A stretch of 64,000 nucleotides of DNA from Epithemia pelagica (taxonomy: Eukaryota > Protista > Bacillariophyta): NCBI GenBank assembly GCA_946965045.2, contig OX337228.1:6138001-6202000 (forward strand), given 5' to 3'. A model generated the notes under the pieces. The model was given only the letters and a program-made list of their open reading frames with translations. It did not search any database and had not been told where the DNA came from. Shown here piece by piece: positions 11,071 to 20,997 of the stretch. A program made the translations under genes and the position numbers. How positions within the stretch are numbered: the first letter of the stretch is position 1; the number at the start of each line of letters is the position of its first letter.

Positions 11071-11391
11071 TCACGATGGCGGTGTCGAAGTTCGAAACAG
11101 GTTTAAAATCTGGACGACACTGGACCCCACCACGACAAATAGAAAAAAGGCAATCAAGGTCTTGCTCACAGGAGAGTCATCTTCGTGTTCGGCCGCCTTT
11201 CCAACGGGAACATTCCCTCGTTTCGTAATGTTCTTGTCAAATTTCGTCGCACGGTTCCGAATATTTCGGGGAAGCGTCTATCGTAGTTCGTAACAAGTGT
11301 TGCAGCAGTCAAGACAATTGTGAGACAATATTTCGGTTGAAGAGGAACACAGGAATATCGTTTCGAACCATCCATCGTTTTTACATACCAT
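11071..11391 (-). CDS. SERP1: RAMP4/SERP1 stress-associated ER protein, 69 aa; exon 1 = ATG only (11389-11391), intron 11278-11388, exon 2 11071-11277
   Basis: Spliced product MTLPRNIRNRATKFDKNITKRGNVPVGKAAEHEDDSPVSKTLIAFFLFVVVGSSVVQILNLFRTSTPPS matches the RAMP4 pattern (KNITxRGNV ... LFVVxGS..xQI). Donor GTATGT, acceptor TAG. Confidence 0.9.
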
Positions 11392-11563
11392 GTTGTTCTG
11401 TTGGGTTACAGGGCAGCTCTTTGGTGAACGAGAATCCTGTTTTGGATTCTTTTAGGGAGGTCATACCATCACCATGGCACTGTGCCAGTCTTTTTCGGAT
11501 CTGTGGACAGACGTCGGAAGCAGTTGTAGCACGCCTGCCGATGGGTCTTCGCGCAAGCCACAC

Positions 11564-11568
11564 ACGAG
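11564..11568. repeat. Left target-site duplication ACGAG
   Basis: Identical 5-mer at 21919-21923 immediately outside the other LTR. Confidence 0.95.
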
Positions 11569-12284
11569 AGTTAGAGGTGGGTAAAAAGCTAACTCCAGAC
11601 GATAGAGTTAGATACAGTAGTTTCTCTAGGTCAACCTATATGCACAATAGACGATGGGGCCCTCACCTTCTATCAGCGTAATAGGTCGACTCCTCCGTTA
11701 CAAAACAAGTTCGGTTATCAAACTGGATGTTTATAAAGAAGTGAGATTAAACTAAAGATTGTGTTTTTCATCTTGAGATGGTTTGGCTCCTCTCGGATCG
11801 TTCGGTCATCATCCCCCAAAATCTAGTCGTACATGAGGAACGAATTCCTTACTTCAGTGGACAAGTACTATGGAGCTACGATTAGGGACTAATAGAACTT
11901 GTTCTACTCCATAGAGGAATGTGTTCCATCTTGGGTTGGATCTCCTGTTGATGAAGATCAAGTTCTATTCTCGAGGATCACGTTCTTTTCTCGATCCTCG
12001 ATTTATGTAGCCCTTACTTCCGAGTGTAGCTCGTCCAGCGTACATCTCTTCCGAATAGTAGGGGGCACAGTTATGCTTATCCACAAATTCCTGTTGCGGG
12101 TCCGTCTGTCCGTTCAATCGGCCTACTTCTATTTAAGTACACGTAATGAATCTTGGATACACGTCAAGGTTTGTGTCGCATACAGCGGTTTGTAACAGAT
12201 GTCTCAAACCTGGACAATAAACTAGGTGTGCTTGCTGGACTAGTTGATCGGATACAGACGTTGTAGAATAGCTATGTCTTAACT
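11569..12284 (-). repeat. 3' LTR (716 bp), termini AGTTA...TAACT
   Basis: Matches 21207-21918 except for a 4-bp indel (TCGC) and one A/G substitution found by eye. Confidence 0.96.
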
Positions 12285-12293
12285 CTCCCTCTC
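12285..12293 (-). other. Polypurine tract GAGAGGGAG abutting the 3' LTR
   Basis: Plus-strand CTCCCTCTC directly follows the LTR end at 12284. Confidence 0.85.
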
Positions 12294-12357
12294 ATGGAGT
12301 GATTTCTCAAATTGCGATATGCCCCGAGATGTCGGAGGGCAGAAAGAGAGAGAGGAG

Positions 12358-15300
12358 TTACCATCCTTGATTAAGTTTTCGGCAGCGTTCGAAGAGGTCA
12401 CGTGCTTGACACTTTGTAAAGTAATCAGCTCGTTGTTCTTCTGTGCTCACCATGCTGACCTTAGTTCCTCCTGGGTGATCGCCAACATGTTCCCAAAAGA
12501 AATGAAGGTAGGTGTTGAAATGTTTTGTTCTAGGCGTCAACCTTTGCTTTGTTGCAAGATAGAAGGCACCAGAATTATCTTCGAATACCTCTGAGTAGAT
12601 TGTAGGCTTTTCGAATGGAAGGTCCAGATTAGTCAATAGTTCCTCTACTACACGTCGGGTAGCTATGACACTACGCATGGCTTGTGAGAGGGCATGGTAC
12701 TCGGCTTGGAGAGTACTTAGGGCTACTGACGACTGAAGTTGGGAACGCCAAATTAAAGGGCACCCAGAAAGACTCAGAATATATCCTGTACGGGACTTGG
12801 CGCTTACAGGATTATCTTGTGGTTCTCGTCCGTGTAGACCGGCAAAATCGGCATCTACATAACAATCCAACTTAAAGTCTTTGGTAGGGGTGAAAATCGT
12901 TCCCTTGTCTTTAGTACGCACTAGGTAGCGGACTATAGTTTTGATTGCTGCTGCGTGAGACTTCTTCGGAGCTGTACTAAATCTTGCTACTTGACTAACT
13001 GCAAAGGCTATGTCGGGTCGCGTATTAGTGGCCAGGTACAGTAGCATGCCGACAATGGACCTGTATTGCCATTTTTCTTGCATAGGTTCACCATCTGGAT
13101 CGCTTCCGAGTGCCAGTTGTGTGGCTGGTGTCCAGTTGGGCTTACAGTCTTGTAGTCCTGTAGCTTCGATTATTTTGTTGATCAGGCCCTTTTGGGTCAT
13201 TGTAATTGACTTGGTCTTTTCGTCATGTACAAAATTGATCCCTAGGTAATCAGTGAAGTTTCCTTCTTTTTGCAAAGATAGTCCTTTCTCTTTTAGCCGT
13301 TCAATAAGGTCGTCTACAAGTTTCATTGTAGGGGCACATACACCACAGTCATCTACCCAGAGAAAGATAATTATGTCTTTCTTGTACAGTAGACATTTAT
13401 CATGCTTACTCATTTGGAAACCATCTTCCAATAGGGCCTTTACTAGGTGGTCGTACCAAAGTCTTGGTGCGGATGAGAGTCCGTATAGACTCTTAAGAAG
13501 CCTGAGGCACATAGTTCCAGGTGATGATGATCTGAAGCCTCTTGGAAGGTGAATCCAGACAGGTTCATGAAGTGTTGCTTGCACGAATGCATTGTTGAAA
13601 TCGATGCAAGCAAGCTCCCATCCTAGAACTAGACTAAGGACAAGCACTATTCGAATTGTGCTCCAATTGACAACAGGAGAGTAATTTTCTTCTTCGGTTT
13701 CCTGAAGGTCTCCTCGTACACAGTACCTAGCTTTGTATTTTCGTATCTCTCCATCTGGAGAGCGCTTTCTTTTAAAGACCCATGTTCCTGGTAGGATTCT
13801 TGTAGTTGCCTCGGATTTCGGCACTTCCGTCCATGTTCCTTTTTCTTCTAGTTCCCTAATCTCATTTTCGGCCGCTTCTTTCCACCTGTCTATGTCGTTA
13901 TCTCGCATTGCTTCGTCATAGCTCAATGTGTCCGGGTCGGAAATCGACGCTTTCATCATTGAAAGCAGATCGTTAGGCTGATAGGACGGAGCTAGAGAGG
14001 CTAGGTTAGCATCCTGTACATAGCGTTGCGGTGGACGGATAGTTCGTCCGGAGCGTCGACTAGTTCTAAAAGAACTAGGTGGAGTCGGTTCCGGAGGAGG
14101 TTGTTCCCTCTTAGGAGTGGCAGATTTTAAGGGGGTCATAACAGGGGGTGAAGGAGGATCCTCCTCTGCGATTGGCGTTAAGACGGTGTTCTCCCTCTGA
14201 GGAAGGGGCGCTGCAACAGGGGTGTGTGGAACTCCCTCTGAGGGCAGTGTCGGTTCCGCTACGGGAGCAGAGTGAGAAGAAACAGGAGGCAAAGTGGGAG
14301 GAGTGGGAATGGGTAAAGGATTGTCGGGAATATGCCGATCCATGGATTGATGGATATGATCCAATCGATTTTCATATTTGGATCGATGGACCTCATCAGT
14401 TGCAGTAGGCGATTCCATATTTTCTTCTGTTTCGTCTTCAGTATATTGATATCGAGATTCTCCGAATAATTGGTCCCATTCAGTACTAGTGAAATCTGGA
14501 ACATCCTCAACGGAAGTGGCTATTGTAGAAAACCAATCATCGAATACCACATGGAATTGCGGTGTGATATATCCTGTAGAAGGGTTTAAAACTAAAGGTA
14601 CAGTTGTTGCGTGTCGATTACTCAAGCCCATTAGTATACACCGTGTGGAACGTGGCTTCCACCTAGGTAGCTTCTTTCCATCTGACATAGATTTGTCCAG
14701 TACGTAGACAGGGCAGCCCCACACGTGTAAGTCGTGGAACTTTCGCTGCTCCCATCTAGTGCGAGTGAATAAATCATGTGGGCTTATTCCGGTGGCGGTG
14801 TTGGGGACATGGTTACATAAGAAGGTAGCATGGGACACAGCCATGGGCCATAGTGAGGGATCAGCCATTTCTGGCCAATGTATAGCGGCGTGTAGCATCA
14901 TGGTGCGCGCTATAGACATAATTGTTTGTATGGCCCGCTCGGCTATACCGGCGTGATGATGAGCCCCTACTCCAGCAAAGCGGTATGTTTGAGCAAAAGT
15001 TTGTAGGGACTCTGTATATTTGGCAGAGGTGAATGCCGATCCATTATCGGTGAGATACTGAGAGGGCATAACTCCAACGTCTCTACAAAATAACTCGAAG
15101 GAATTTTTAACGTGTAGAGTTTCATGAGTATTTAAGTGGCTCTGAAAGCCAATCCAGGTGTAACCCGAAGCGTGGTCTACGAATATTGCTCCACCCATAT
15201 ACATATCCTTAGACGCGGATGAACCCTGAGTATTGAATCTTCTTCCCTTAGTAGAGCATACGAAATGATCGACACTGACACATTGTCCAGGATATAAATT

Positions 15301-15492
15301 TTCTGCTTTTGTTATCCCCTTTCGATCCTTCACAATGGAACTTGTGGTTCCAGGTGACGGTCTTTGCTTTTGTTTGCCATATTGGCAGGCTGCACAAAGA
15401 GGTAAGTTCGTGAGAGTGGATGCTTTGATGTGGAGTCGACGCTTGTGTTCACTGGTTGCAAGCACTCCGGTTCTCATAACAAATTGAACTTT
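12358..15492 (-). CDS. Copia Pol, downstream part: end of GAG-pre-integrase, integrase, reverse transcriptase, RNase H
   Basis: CAACQYGK; integrase DDE (VSVDHF, YLTDNG, IAERAI); RT motifs WVFKRK/KARYCVRGD/DFNNAFVQA/SLYGL/WVDD; RNase H YVDADFAG, AEY, FEDNSGA, QRADYFTK; ends GW*. Same frame as the upstream ORF, separated only by TGA 15493-15495. Confidence 0.95.
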   Translation of the reverse strand, partial: KVQFVMRTGVLATSEHKRRLHIKASTLTNLPLCAACQYGKQKQRPSPGTTSSIVKDRKGITKAENLYPGQCVSVDHFVCSTKGRRFNTQGSSASKDMYMGGAIFVDHASGYTWIGFQSHLNTHETLHVKNSFELFCRDVGVMPSQYLTDNGSAFTSAKYTESLQTFAQTYRFAGVGAHHHAGIAERAIQTIMSIARTMMLHAAIHWPEMADPSLWPMAVSHATFLCNHVPNTATGISPHDLFTRTRWEQRKFHDLHVWGCPVYVLDKSMSDGKKLPRWKPRSTRCILMGLSNRHATTVPLVLNPSTGYITPQFHVVFDDWFSTIATSVEDVPDFTSTEWDQLFGESRYQYTEDETEENMESPTATDEVHRSKYENRLDHIHQSMDRHIPDNPLPIPTPPTLPPVSSHSAPVAEPTLPSEGVPHTPVAAPLPQRENTVLTPIAEEDPPSPPVMTPLKSATPKREQPPPEPTPPSSFRTSRRSGRTIRPPQRYVQDANLASLAPSYQPNDLLSMMKASISDPDTLSYDEAMRDNDIDRWKEAAENEIRELEEKGTWTEVPKSEATTRILPGTWVFKRKRSPDGEIRKYKARYCVRGDLQETEEENYSPVVNWSTIRIVLVLSLVLGWELACIDFNNAFVQATLHEPVWIHLPRGFRSSSPGTMCLRLLKSLYGLSSAPRLWYDHLVKALLEDGFQMSKHDKCLLYKKDIIIFLWVDDCGVCAPTMKLVDDLIERLKEKGLSLQKEGNFTDYLGINFVHDEKTKSITMTQKGLINKIIEATGLQDCKPNWTPATQLALGSDPDGEPMQEKWQYRSIVGMLLYLATNTRPDIAFAVSQVARFSTAPKKSHAAAIKTIVRYLVRTKDKGTIFTPTKDFKLDCYVDADFAGLHGREPQDNPVSAKSRTGYILSLSGCPLIWRSQLQSSVALSTLQAEYHALSQAMRSVIATRRVVEELLTNLDLPFEKPTIYSEVFEDNSGAFYLATKQRLTPRTKHFNTYLHFFWEHVGDHPGGTKVSMVSTEEQRADYFTKCQARDLFERCRKLNQGW

Positions 15493-18400
15493 TCAAAACG
15501 ACAGGTGGCCAAAGCGATTGTGCCAACGTACCAATTCTTGCTGCGCTTCGCTTAAATTCATGTTGTGCTGTGACGTTTCTGAAATGATGGAGCTGAGAGC
15601 GTGTGCGCTTTTCTTTACTTCTTTGTGGTCGTACCCATATGACATGGGCAGGTTGTTGGACGGATTGATGAGAATTGTGATTTGCGTTCGTTTCTTGTCA
15701 CCGGGCATTCCTGTAAGCACCATTGTCTTTCCATCTTGGATGATTTTCTCACCGTCGTATGTTTGGAGCAGACTTTGTGTTGACAGGAGTCTTGCGTTGG
15801 TCTTTGGCACAAGAAAGGCAGGGAGTTTGAGCTGTCTGAGCTTCCCTTCGGTGTCAAGCACAGACCATAAGACAAAACCTCGGCCTGTTGCCTTCATCCT
15901 GTTGGCGATTCCTTTTACATTGAAGTTTGGCAAGGGCTGGATTGTTCCGATGAAGTCTTGAGTCTGGTTTGTGATCGAGATGCTTGCTCCGCTGTCCCAA
16001 ATAATTGGATAGGATGCATTGTGTGGCATGGCGCTTCGTAAAGCGAGAGGATCCTGAAGGCAAGCTTGGAGTCCAGCTTGTGTAATTTGTTCCCATTGGT
16101 GGTGTGGTGTGCTCCCCAAGGTCCTGAAGACATCGCAGAGTGTGGGTCCCTCAAGGCACGCTGCAAGAGCGAACATTTCTCGTTCCTTTGCAGATCGTGT
16201 GTTCCTGAAGATGTCGACAGGGTTTGTCGACGGGCGGTTATTAGAGTTCCTATTCCGATGATGGTTCATCGGGTTCGATGGATGGTTGGCGCGATGGGGG
16301 TTCTGATAGCGGTCTATGGGTGTGGTACAGTATGCTTCTTGTGGGTTGCGTCGCTTCTTGGAATGGATTCGTTGTTGACGAAGTCGTTGTTGCAAGGATG
16401 GACGGTTAACCCGTGTCAGTCGAGTCCGCATTCGTGCTCTCTTGGTGACTGGAGCAGGGTGAATTGGTCGGAAAACGGATTTGCGTTTGCGTTTGGGACC
16501 GGCTCGTCGAGGGGACAAAGGTTGGTGTTCTCCCTCTTTCGAGCGATTTGCCCTGCCAGAAAGCAACAATTTACCAACAGACACAACAATCAAACGGAGG
16601 CAGTCGGAAAGGACACGGCCATTAAGGATGGATCCAACAATCTTGCACCAGAAGGTGTGGAAGAGAAGCGTGTTCCCGAACAAAGGTGGTGGAGCGTGGC
16701 GACGTGGGTGGAGATTGACTCGGAAATGGTGCACAGCGGATGAGCGCTGTGGCTGGGGTGAGAATAAAGAACGGATAGGGGCAGTGTGTGCCACGCTAGG
16801 CGATTCCCAGGGTGCAACCATGAAGGCAGCCAACCAACAGCACAACCAGGTGAAGAAAGCCGGTTGGCACGATGGGTGAATAAGAACACTCCAAACAAGG
16901 GCAGATCCGCCGTAGGTCAAGTCTCGGATTCCCAAGTACAGATGGGTCATTCCCGACCAAATAGACTTAAAACCTGAAATAGTTGCATTGTTTGCATGTT
17001 CCAGAGGGTGAGGAGCAGGTAGGATCCAAAGGATACTGGATAGGACCACAAGAAGGGTCGTGAAGCTAGCCGCAAACATATGCCAAGGGAAAGGAGAAAT
17101 TGTGGTTGTCTCGCCCTGCGTTTGTGCCGACCCGACAGGCGCAGTGTGGTTGCTTACACGTGTAGGGCCACGTGTATCTCCGGGCGTGGTGTCCGAGAAA
17201 GTACTATAAGGTGCATAGTTCATTTCGAACTGATCGAAATCCGGAAAGTCTTTGCTAGGACTGTCACGAGGCGTCTGTGATTGTGATGGATAGACTGTAC
17301 TGCTAGATCCATCAGAACGAACACGATCAGGGCAGACCGGCGTCGGGATGTCAGGAGCAAGGTCGCCGGCCGCTAAGTCCCAAGCAAATTCGTGAATGAG
17401 AGTCAAAGGTAGACTCCGATTGGAATAGGGTGATCCTTCAACCTGTTCACGTGCATGTGTGTAAATCCATAGTTCTTTAACAAGCTCGCCTTGGTTGTGT
17501 AGTTTGATTTCCAGCTCTCCACGTGTAGCTGGATCAGACTCACGGTTGAATGCAAGGCGTGTTGTCACTAATTCCTCAGTCGCGTTGGTTAAGAGGACGT
17601 CCATTTTGTCTGGATTTTGGTCAAACCCGTGCTTCCCCAGTACATTATGGATCACAGTAATACTGTGGGGGACACACGTGAGGTATTGGATGATACTGTC
17701 ACAGAGTGAGACAAAAGGGGACTCGTTGTTCTCGTCGATCTCATCTTCACTTTCCAAATTTTCGTTTGCATCAGTCATCTCTTCGTCGTCGGAGCTCGAG
17801 TCCGAGTCAGCAATCTCAATGAGTGCCATCTTGGCATAGTATTGCGCAAAGGGATTGATGCGTGGGTAAGTGATATCTGTTTCGTTTGTTGTGTGAGAAG
17901 CGTCAGTGGGAACGTATTGTTCTCCAAGATTGCTTGTGTCAACGAACGACGTCGAGGAGAAAGATCGTTCTCCATCAGCTGTGTCAGCCATGTCTTCTAC
18001 TTGCTGTTCCAAAGTCTCACATGCCTTGCTTCTTGAACTGAGATTTACAGAGGGCGGATCTGAGATATTGACTGGTGACGGCGTGGCGTTGCTTTGATTG
18101 AGAAGGGCAACAAATTGTGCATGGTATCCTCGTTCAATTGGTCGATGTTCCATAATGCGAGCCCGAAGAAGGCAAGGTGGCGGATCGGATTGAATCTCTA
18201 GTCCAGGCCAGACAGGAGCTGGATTTGGGTGGTGTGGGATCCTCGTACCATCCAAATACCATCCAAGGTACCATTCTTCGTTCTTTACTCTTTGGTAGGC
18301 CTGTGCGATGGTAAGTTTCGGCTCTTGATGTTGCAGAGCGTAAACGGTGTACTGCGCTCTCTCATAACGCATTCCGTCTCGTCTTGCTTTTGCTGCTTCT

Positions 18401-20997
18401 TCCTCTATGGAGATCCGTGGATCTGTTGCAGGAGGACGTAGTCCTGGTTGAAAGCTTCTTGCCCATTCTTCTAAAGTTCTCACAGAAGGACGAGGTTGGA
18501 GATTGAGTCGAGGAGGTGAAGTGTGGTCCATCTGGATAGGTGAGATATCTGGTTGCATTGCTGCAGGTTTCCTATCCTCTTGTTCCTCACCACTTGCAAT
18601 CTCTCCTCTCTGCAAGTTCTTGAGAGGAGTCATTGAGATATTGTCATCGCTCAAAACCGAGCTGTCCTGTGTCGTATCGAGGATCGAGCTCATTGTTGTG
18701 TTGTGGGAACGCATATGTGTGTCGTCACTGCCAAGGTTGAGTTGAGAGCTGTCAAAGCTCGCCTCGTGTGCAGCTGTGTTTGCTTCAACAGTTTGGATGA
18801 CCATGCTTAGATCCGTGTCCATGTTTTGGTTCTTGCTTGATGTGTCATACCAAGAGTTGATATCCTCCCATTCGTCGAAGTACAATGTATTTGCTTCGGC
18901 TTCTGTCTCACTACCACATCTCTTTTCACAGCAGTGACGACGTACAAGAGGTGGTAGAGAAGGGAAGGACTCATCGGATGCAACAATTGACTCTCCAGAC
19001 CCAACAATCAACCCCAGAGGAGTTCCTCCCTCTGTTTTCCGTTCTTTGGTGATGTGGTCCACACAACAATTTGTTTCTTCTTGGTTCTGTGGAGGATCCT
19101 TATTTGAATGGGAGGACCATTCCAGGGAGGATGTGTCTGCCGAGTGGTGATCAAAGTTGGGATTGTTGACTGGGTGCTGAATCATGTTGGTTCCGTGTCC
19201 TTCCATGAAGTCGCATTGCATGACAAAGGCGCACAAGTCGAAGTCTTGTGTATTGGTATATCCTTTGTCGTCTTCTTCAAGAGACATGCAATCTGGAAGA
19301 TCTTTCCAGTCGTTGGTATTACAGTCTTGGTCATGACAAAGCACACAACAATCAAACTCCGTTTTCCAAGCGGACACATCAAACTCGAGCTTGTGGGCTC
19401 GGGATTCCTTGGTGCCGTGCTTGTTTTTCTTGTATCCAACAATATGCTTGGCGGTCCCATGGGTGTCATTCCATCGTTTACAGATGGCACACCAATAATA
19501 CATAACCCCGTCTACGATCATGGATTCAGGTTCATGAGAGGCCGGAGGCACAAGTCGCCACGGATGCACCTTTGAACGGTCAACTCGAGTCATATTCTTT
19601 TTGTGTTGGGGTTTCTTCTTTCCCCCCTTGTCGCGGTGACCGGTCGAGGGATTGCGTGGTCCAGTGGATGGAGAAGGGGTGGGATTATGGCCAGGGGGGT
19701 GTTTCAGCGAATTGATGAGGGCATTCAAGCTTGCCTGGGTCATGGCACCCTTATGACCACTACTGCGATTCTGTCGAGGGGACGGAGTAGTTTTCGCGAT
19801 TGCTTTGTTTGCTCCAAACGAGGTAGGTGGCGCTTTGGAGTCAGTGGCATGCTGCTTGGGGCGCCACTTGCCATCCTTGACACTAACCAAATATTTTGTG
19901 TTTGCTGTTTCAATGATATCGGTATACCACAGCTTTTCTTTTCGCATTTTCAGATCAGCAGTGGTGCGATCCTGGAAGCAAACTTCAATGATGGTGTCGT
20001 TTAGATTCTTGGCCAAGTACATGAGCTCAAACTTGGGAGTGTCTGGCCACTCGGCACGTAGTATATTGGTCATCAAGCTAGCGGTCAGGGTGTGATCATA
20101 CAACCCAGCGGCGATGAGCGGTCGCGCCTTCTGCGAGAAGTCTTTGGTGAGTGCCATTATGTCTTGGCCCGGATATTTTTGAGGGAGTAATCCTCTCATA
20201 TCTTTCTTCACCTGTTCCCAGTGTTGCGGTGAGTCATGGGTTACTATTTTCACGAGCACCATGAAAAGCTCGGGGAACGATTTGACGTCCCGTGCTTGAT
20301 CCTGCACTTCCCTTCTGAATCCCTTTTCAAGACAGTCGAACAGGAAATCTCGTGCGCTCACATCATTGTTGCGATCATACTGATCGTACTGAGTCATCTG
20401 CACGTCCATCAACTCCTTGACCTTGCTGGGAGTGTATTTGGGATGTTCAGTCACAATGAAGAGCATTGCGGTAGGATCAAGGGGATTACGTAAGTACGCG
20501 ATCGAGTCCATGCCATGCATGACAAGGTGTTGCTCAATATCGTCCTTCAATCGACTAAAGTCTCCTTTCTTTTTGTCAAACTTGTCTTCAGGTCCTGTCA
20601 CTCGGTCCTTGAACCGCTTGTCGTTGAAGGTACGTACTTGAAGTGCACGCAAGTATTCTTGTCTTGCGGTTGGGTCTAACCCTTTCCAATCTGCTTTGGG
20701 TTTCCCGCCAGTCCAGATGACAAACTCATCTCGTTTGCTCTGGAAGATGCCGCCGATCTTAGGCTTGGTCGGCTTAAACACAGTGGGTGGAGCGTCCTCC
20801 TCCTCGGTCATGCTTGTTTGTCTTGACTCACCAATCAACCCGTCGGAGTTTTGCAATCTACCGGTTTGTTGGTCGTTGTTGGTGTCCTCCTCGTTGTTTG
20901 CAATCCGCGCCCCTGGAACTCCTGTATCAGTGACAGTGGTTTCTTGCTGGGGTTGTTCGTCGGAATCAAGAGAGGATAGTAAGTCAAAACTTCCCAC
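15493..20997 (-). CDS. Copia Gag-(long insertion)-protease ORF, 1834 aa
   Basis: Gag-like N-terminus, knuckle YYWCAICKRWNDTHGTAKH, aspartic protease IIWDSGASISIT, GAG-pre-integrase start WHNRFGHLSF. Confidence 0.93.
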   Translation of the reverse strand: MGSFDLLSSLDSDEQPQQETTVTDTGVPGARIANNEEDTNNDQQTGRLQNSDGLIGESRQTSMTEEEDAPPTVFKPTKPKIGGIFQSKRDEFVIWTGGKPKADWKGLDPTARQEYLRALQVRTFNDKRFKDRVTGPEDKFDKKKGDFSRLKDDIEQHLVMHGMDSIAYLRNPLDPTAMLFIVTEHPKYTPSKVKELMDVQMTQYDQYDRNNDVSARDFLFDCLEKGFRREVQDQARDVKSFPELFMVLVKIVTHDSPQHWEQVKKDMRGLLPQKYPGQDIMALTKDFSQKARPLIAAGLYDHTLTASLMTNILRAEWPDTPKFELMYLAKNLNDTIIEVCFQDRTTADLKMRKEKLWYTDIIETANTKYLVSVKDGKWRPKQHATDSKAPPTSFGANKAIAKTTPSPRQNRSSGHKGAMTQASLNALINSLKHPPGHNPTPSPSTGPRNPSTGHRDKGGKKKPQHKKNMTRVDRSKVHPWRLVPPASHEPESMIVDGVMYYWCAICKRWNDTHGTAKHIVGYKKNKHGTKESRAHKLEFDVSAWKTEFDCCVLCHDQDCNTNDWKDLPDCMSLEEDDKGYTNTQDFDLCAFVMQCDFMEGHGTNMIQHPVNNPNFDHHSADTSSLEWSSHSNKDPPQNQEETNCCVDHITKERKTEGGTPLGLIVGSGESIVASDESFPSLPPLVRRHCCEKRCGSETEAEANTLYFDEWEDINSWYDTSSKNQNMDTDLSMVIQTVEANTAAHEASFDSSQLNLGSDDTHMRSHNTTMSSILDTTQDSSVLSDDNISMTPLKNLQRGEIASGEEQEDRKPAAMQPDISPIQMDHTSPPRLNLQPRPSVRTLEEWARSFQPGLRPPATDPRISIEEEAAKARRDGMRYERAQYTVYALQHQEPKLTIAQAYQRVKNEEWYLGWYLDGTRIPHHPNPAPVWPGLEIQSDPPPCLLRARIMEHRPIERGYHAQFVALLNQSNATPSPVNISDPPSVNLSSRSKACETLEQQVEDMADTADGERSFSSTSFVDTSNLGEQYVPTDASHTTNETDITYPRINPFAQYYAKMALIEIADSDSSSDDEEMTDANENLESEDEIDENNESPFVSLCDSIIQYLTCVPHSITVIHNVLGKHGFDQNPDKMDVLLTNATEELVTTRLAFNRESDPATRGELEIKLHNQGELVKELWIYTHAREQVEGSPYSNRSLPLTLIHEFAWDLAAGDLAPDIPTPVCPDRVRSDGSSSTVYPSQSQTPRDSPSKDFPDFDQFEMNYAPYSTFSDTTPGDTRGPTRVSNHTAPVGSAQTQGETTTISPFPWHMFAASFTTLLVVLSSILWILPAPHPLEHANNATISGFKSIWSGMTHLYLGIRDLTYGGSALVWSVLIHPSCQPAFFTWLCCWLAAFMVAPWESPSVAHTAPIRSLFSPQPQRSSAVHHFRVNLHPRRHAPPPLFGNTLLFHTFWCKIVGSILNGRVLSDCLRLIVVSVGKLLLSGRANRSKEGEHQPLSPRRAGPKRKRKSVFRPIHPAPVTKRARMRTRLTRVNRPSLQQRLRQQRIHSKKRRNPQEAYCTTPIDRYQNPHRANHPSNPMNHHRNRNSNNRPSTNPVDIFRNTRSAKEREMFALAACLEGPTLCDVFRTLGSTPHHQWEQITQAGLQACLQDPLALRSAMPHNASYPIIWDSGASISITNQTQDFIGTIQPLPNFNVKGIANRMKATGRGFVLWSVLDTEGKLRQLKLPAFLVPKTNARLLSTQSLLQTYDGEKIIQDGKTMVLTGMPGDKKRTQITILINPSNNLPMSYGYDHKEVKKSAHALSSIISETSQHNMNLSEAQQELVRWHNRFGHLSF

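Noticed and set aside
11956-11994. Imperfect 19-bp tandem repeat in the LTR, considered as a heat-shock element
   Set aside because: The GAA units are head-to-tail, not the alternating nGAAnnTTCn array.
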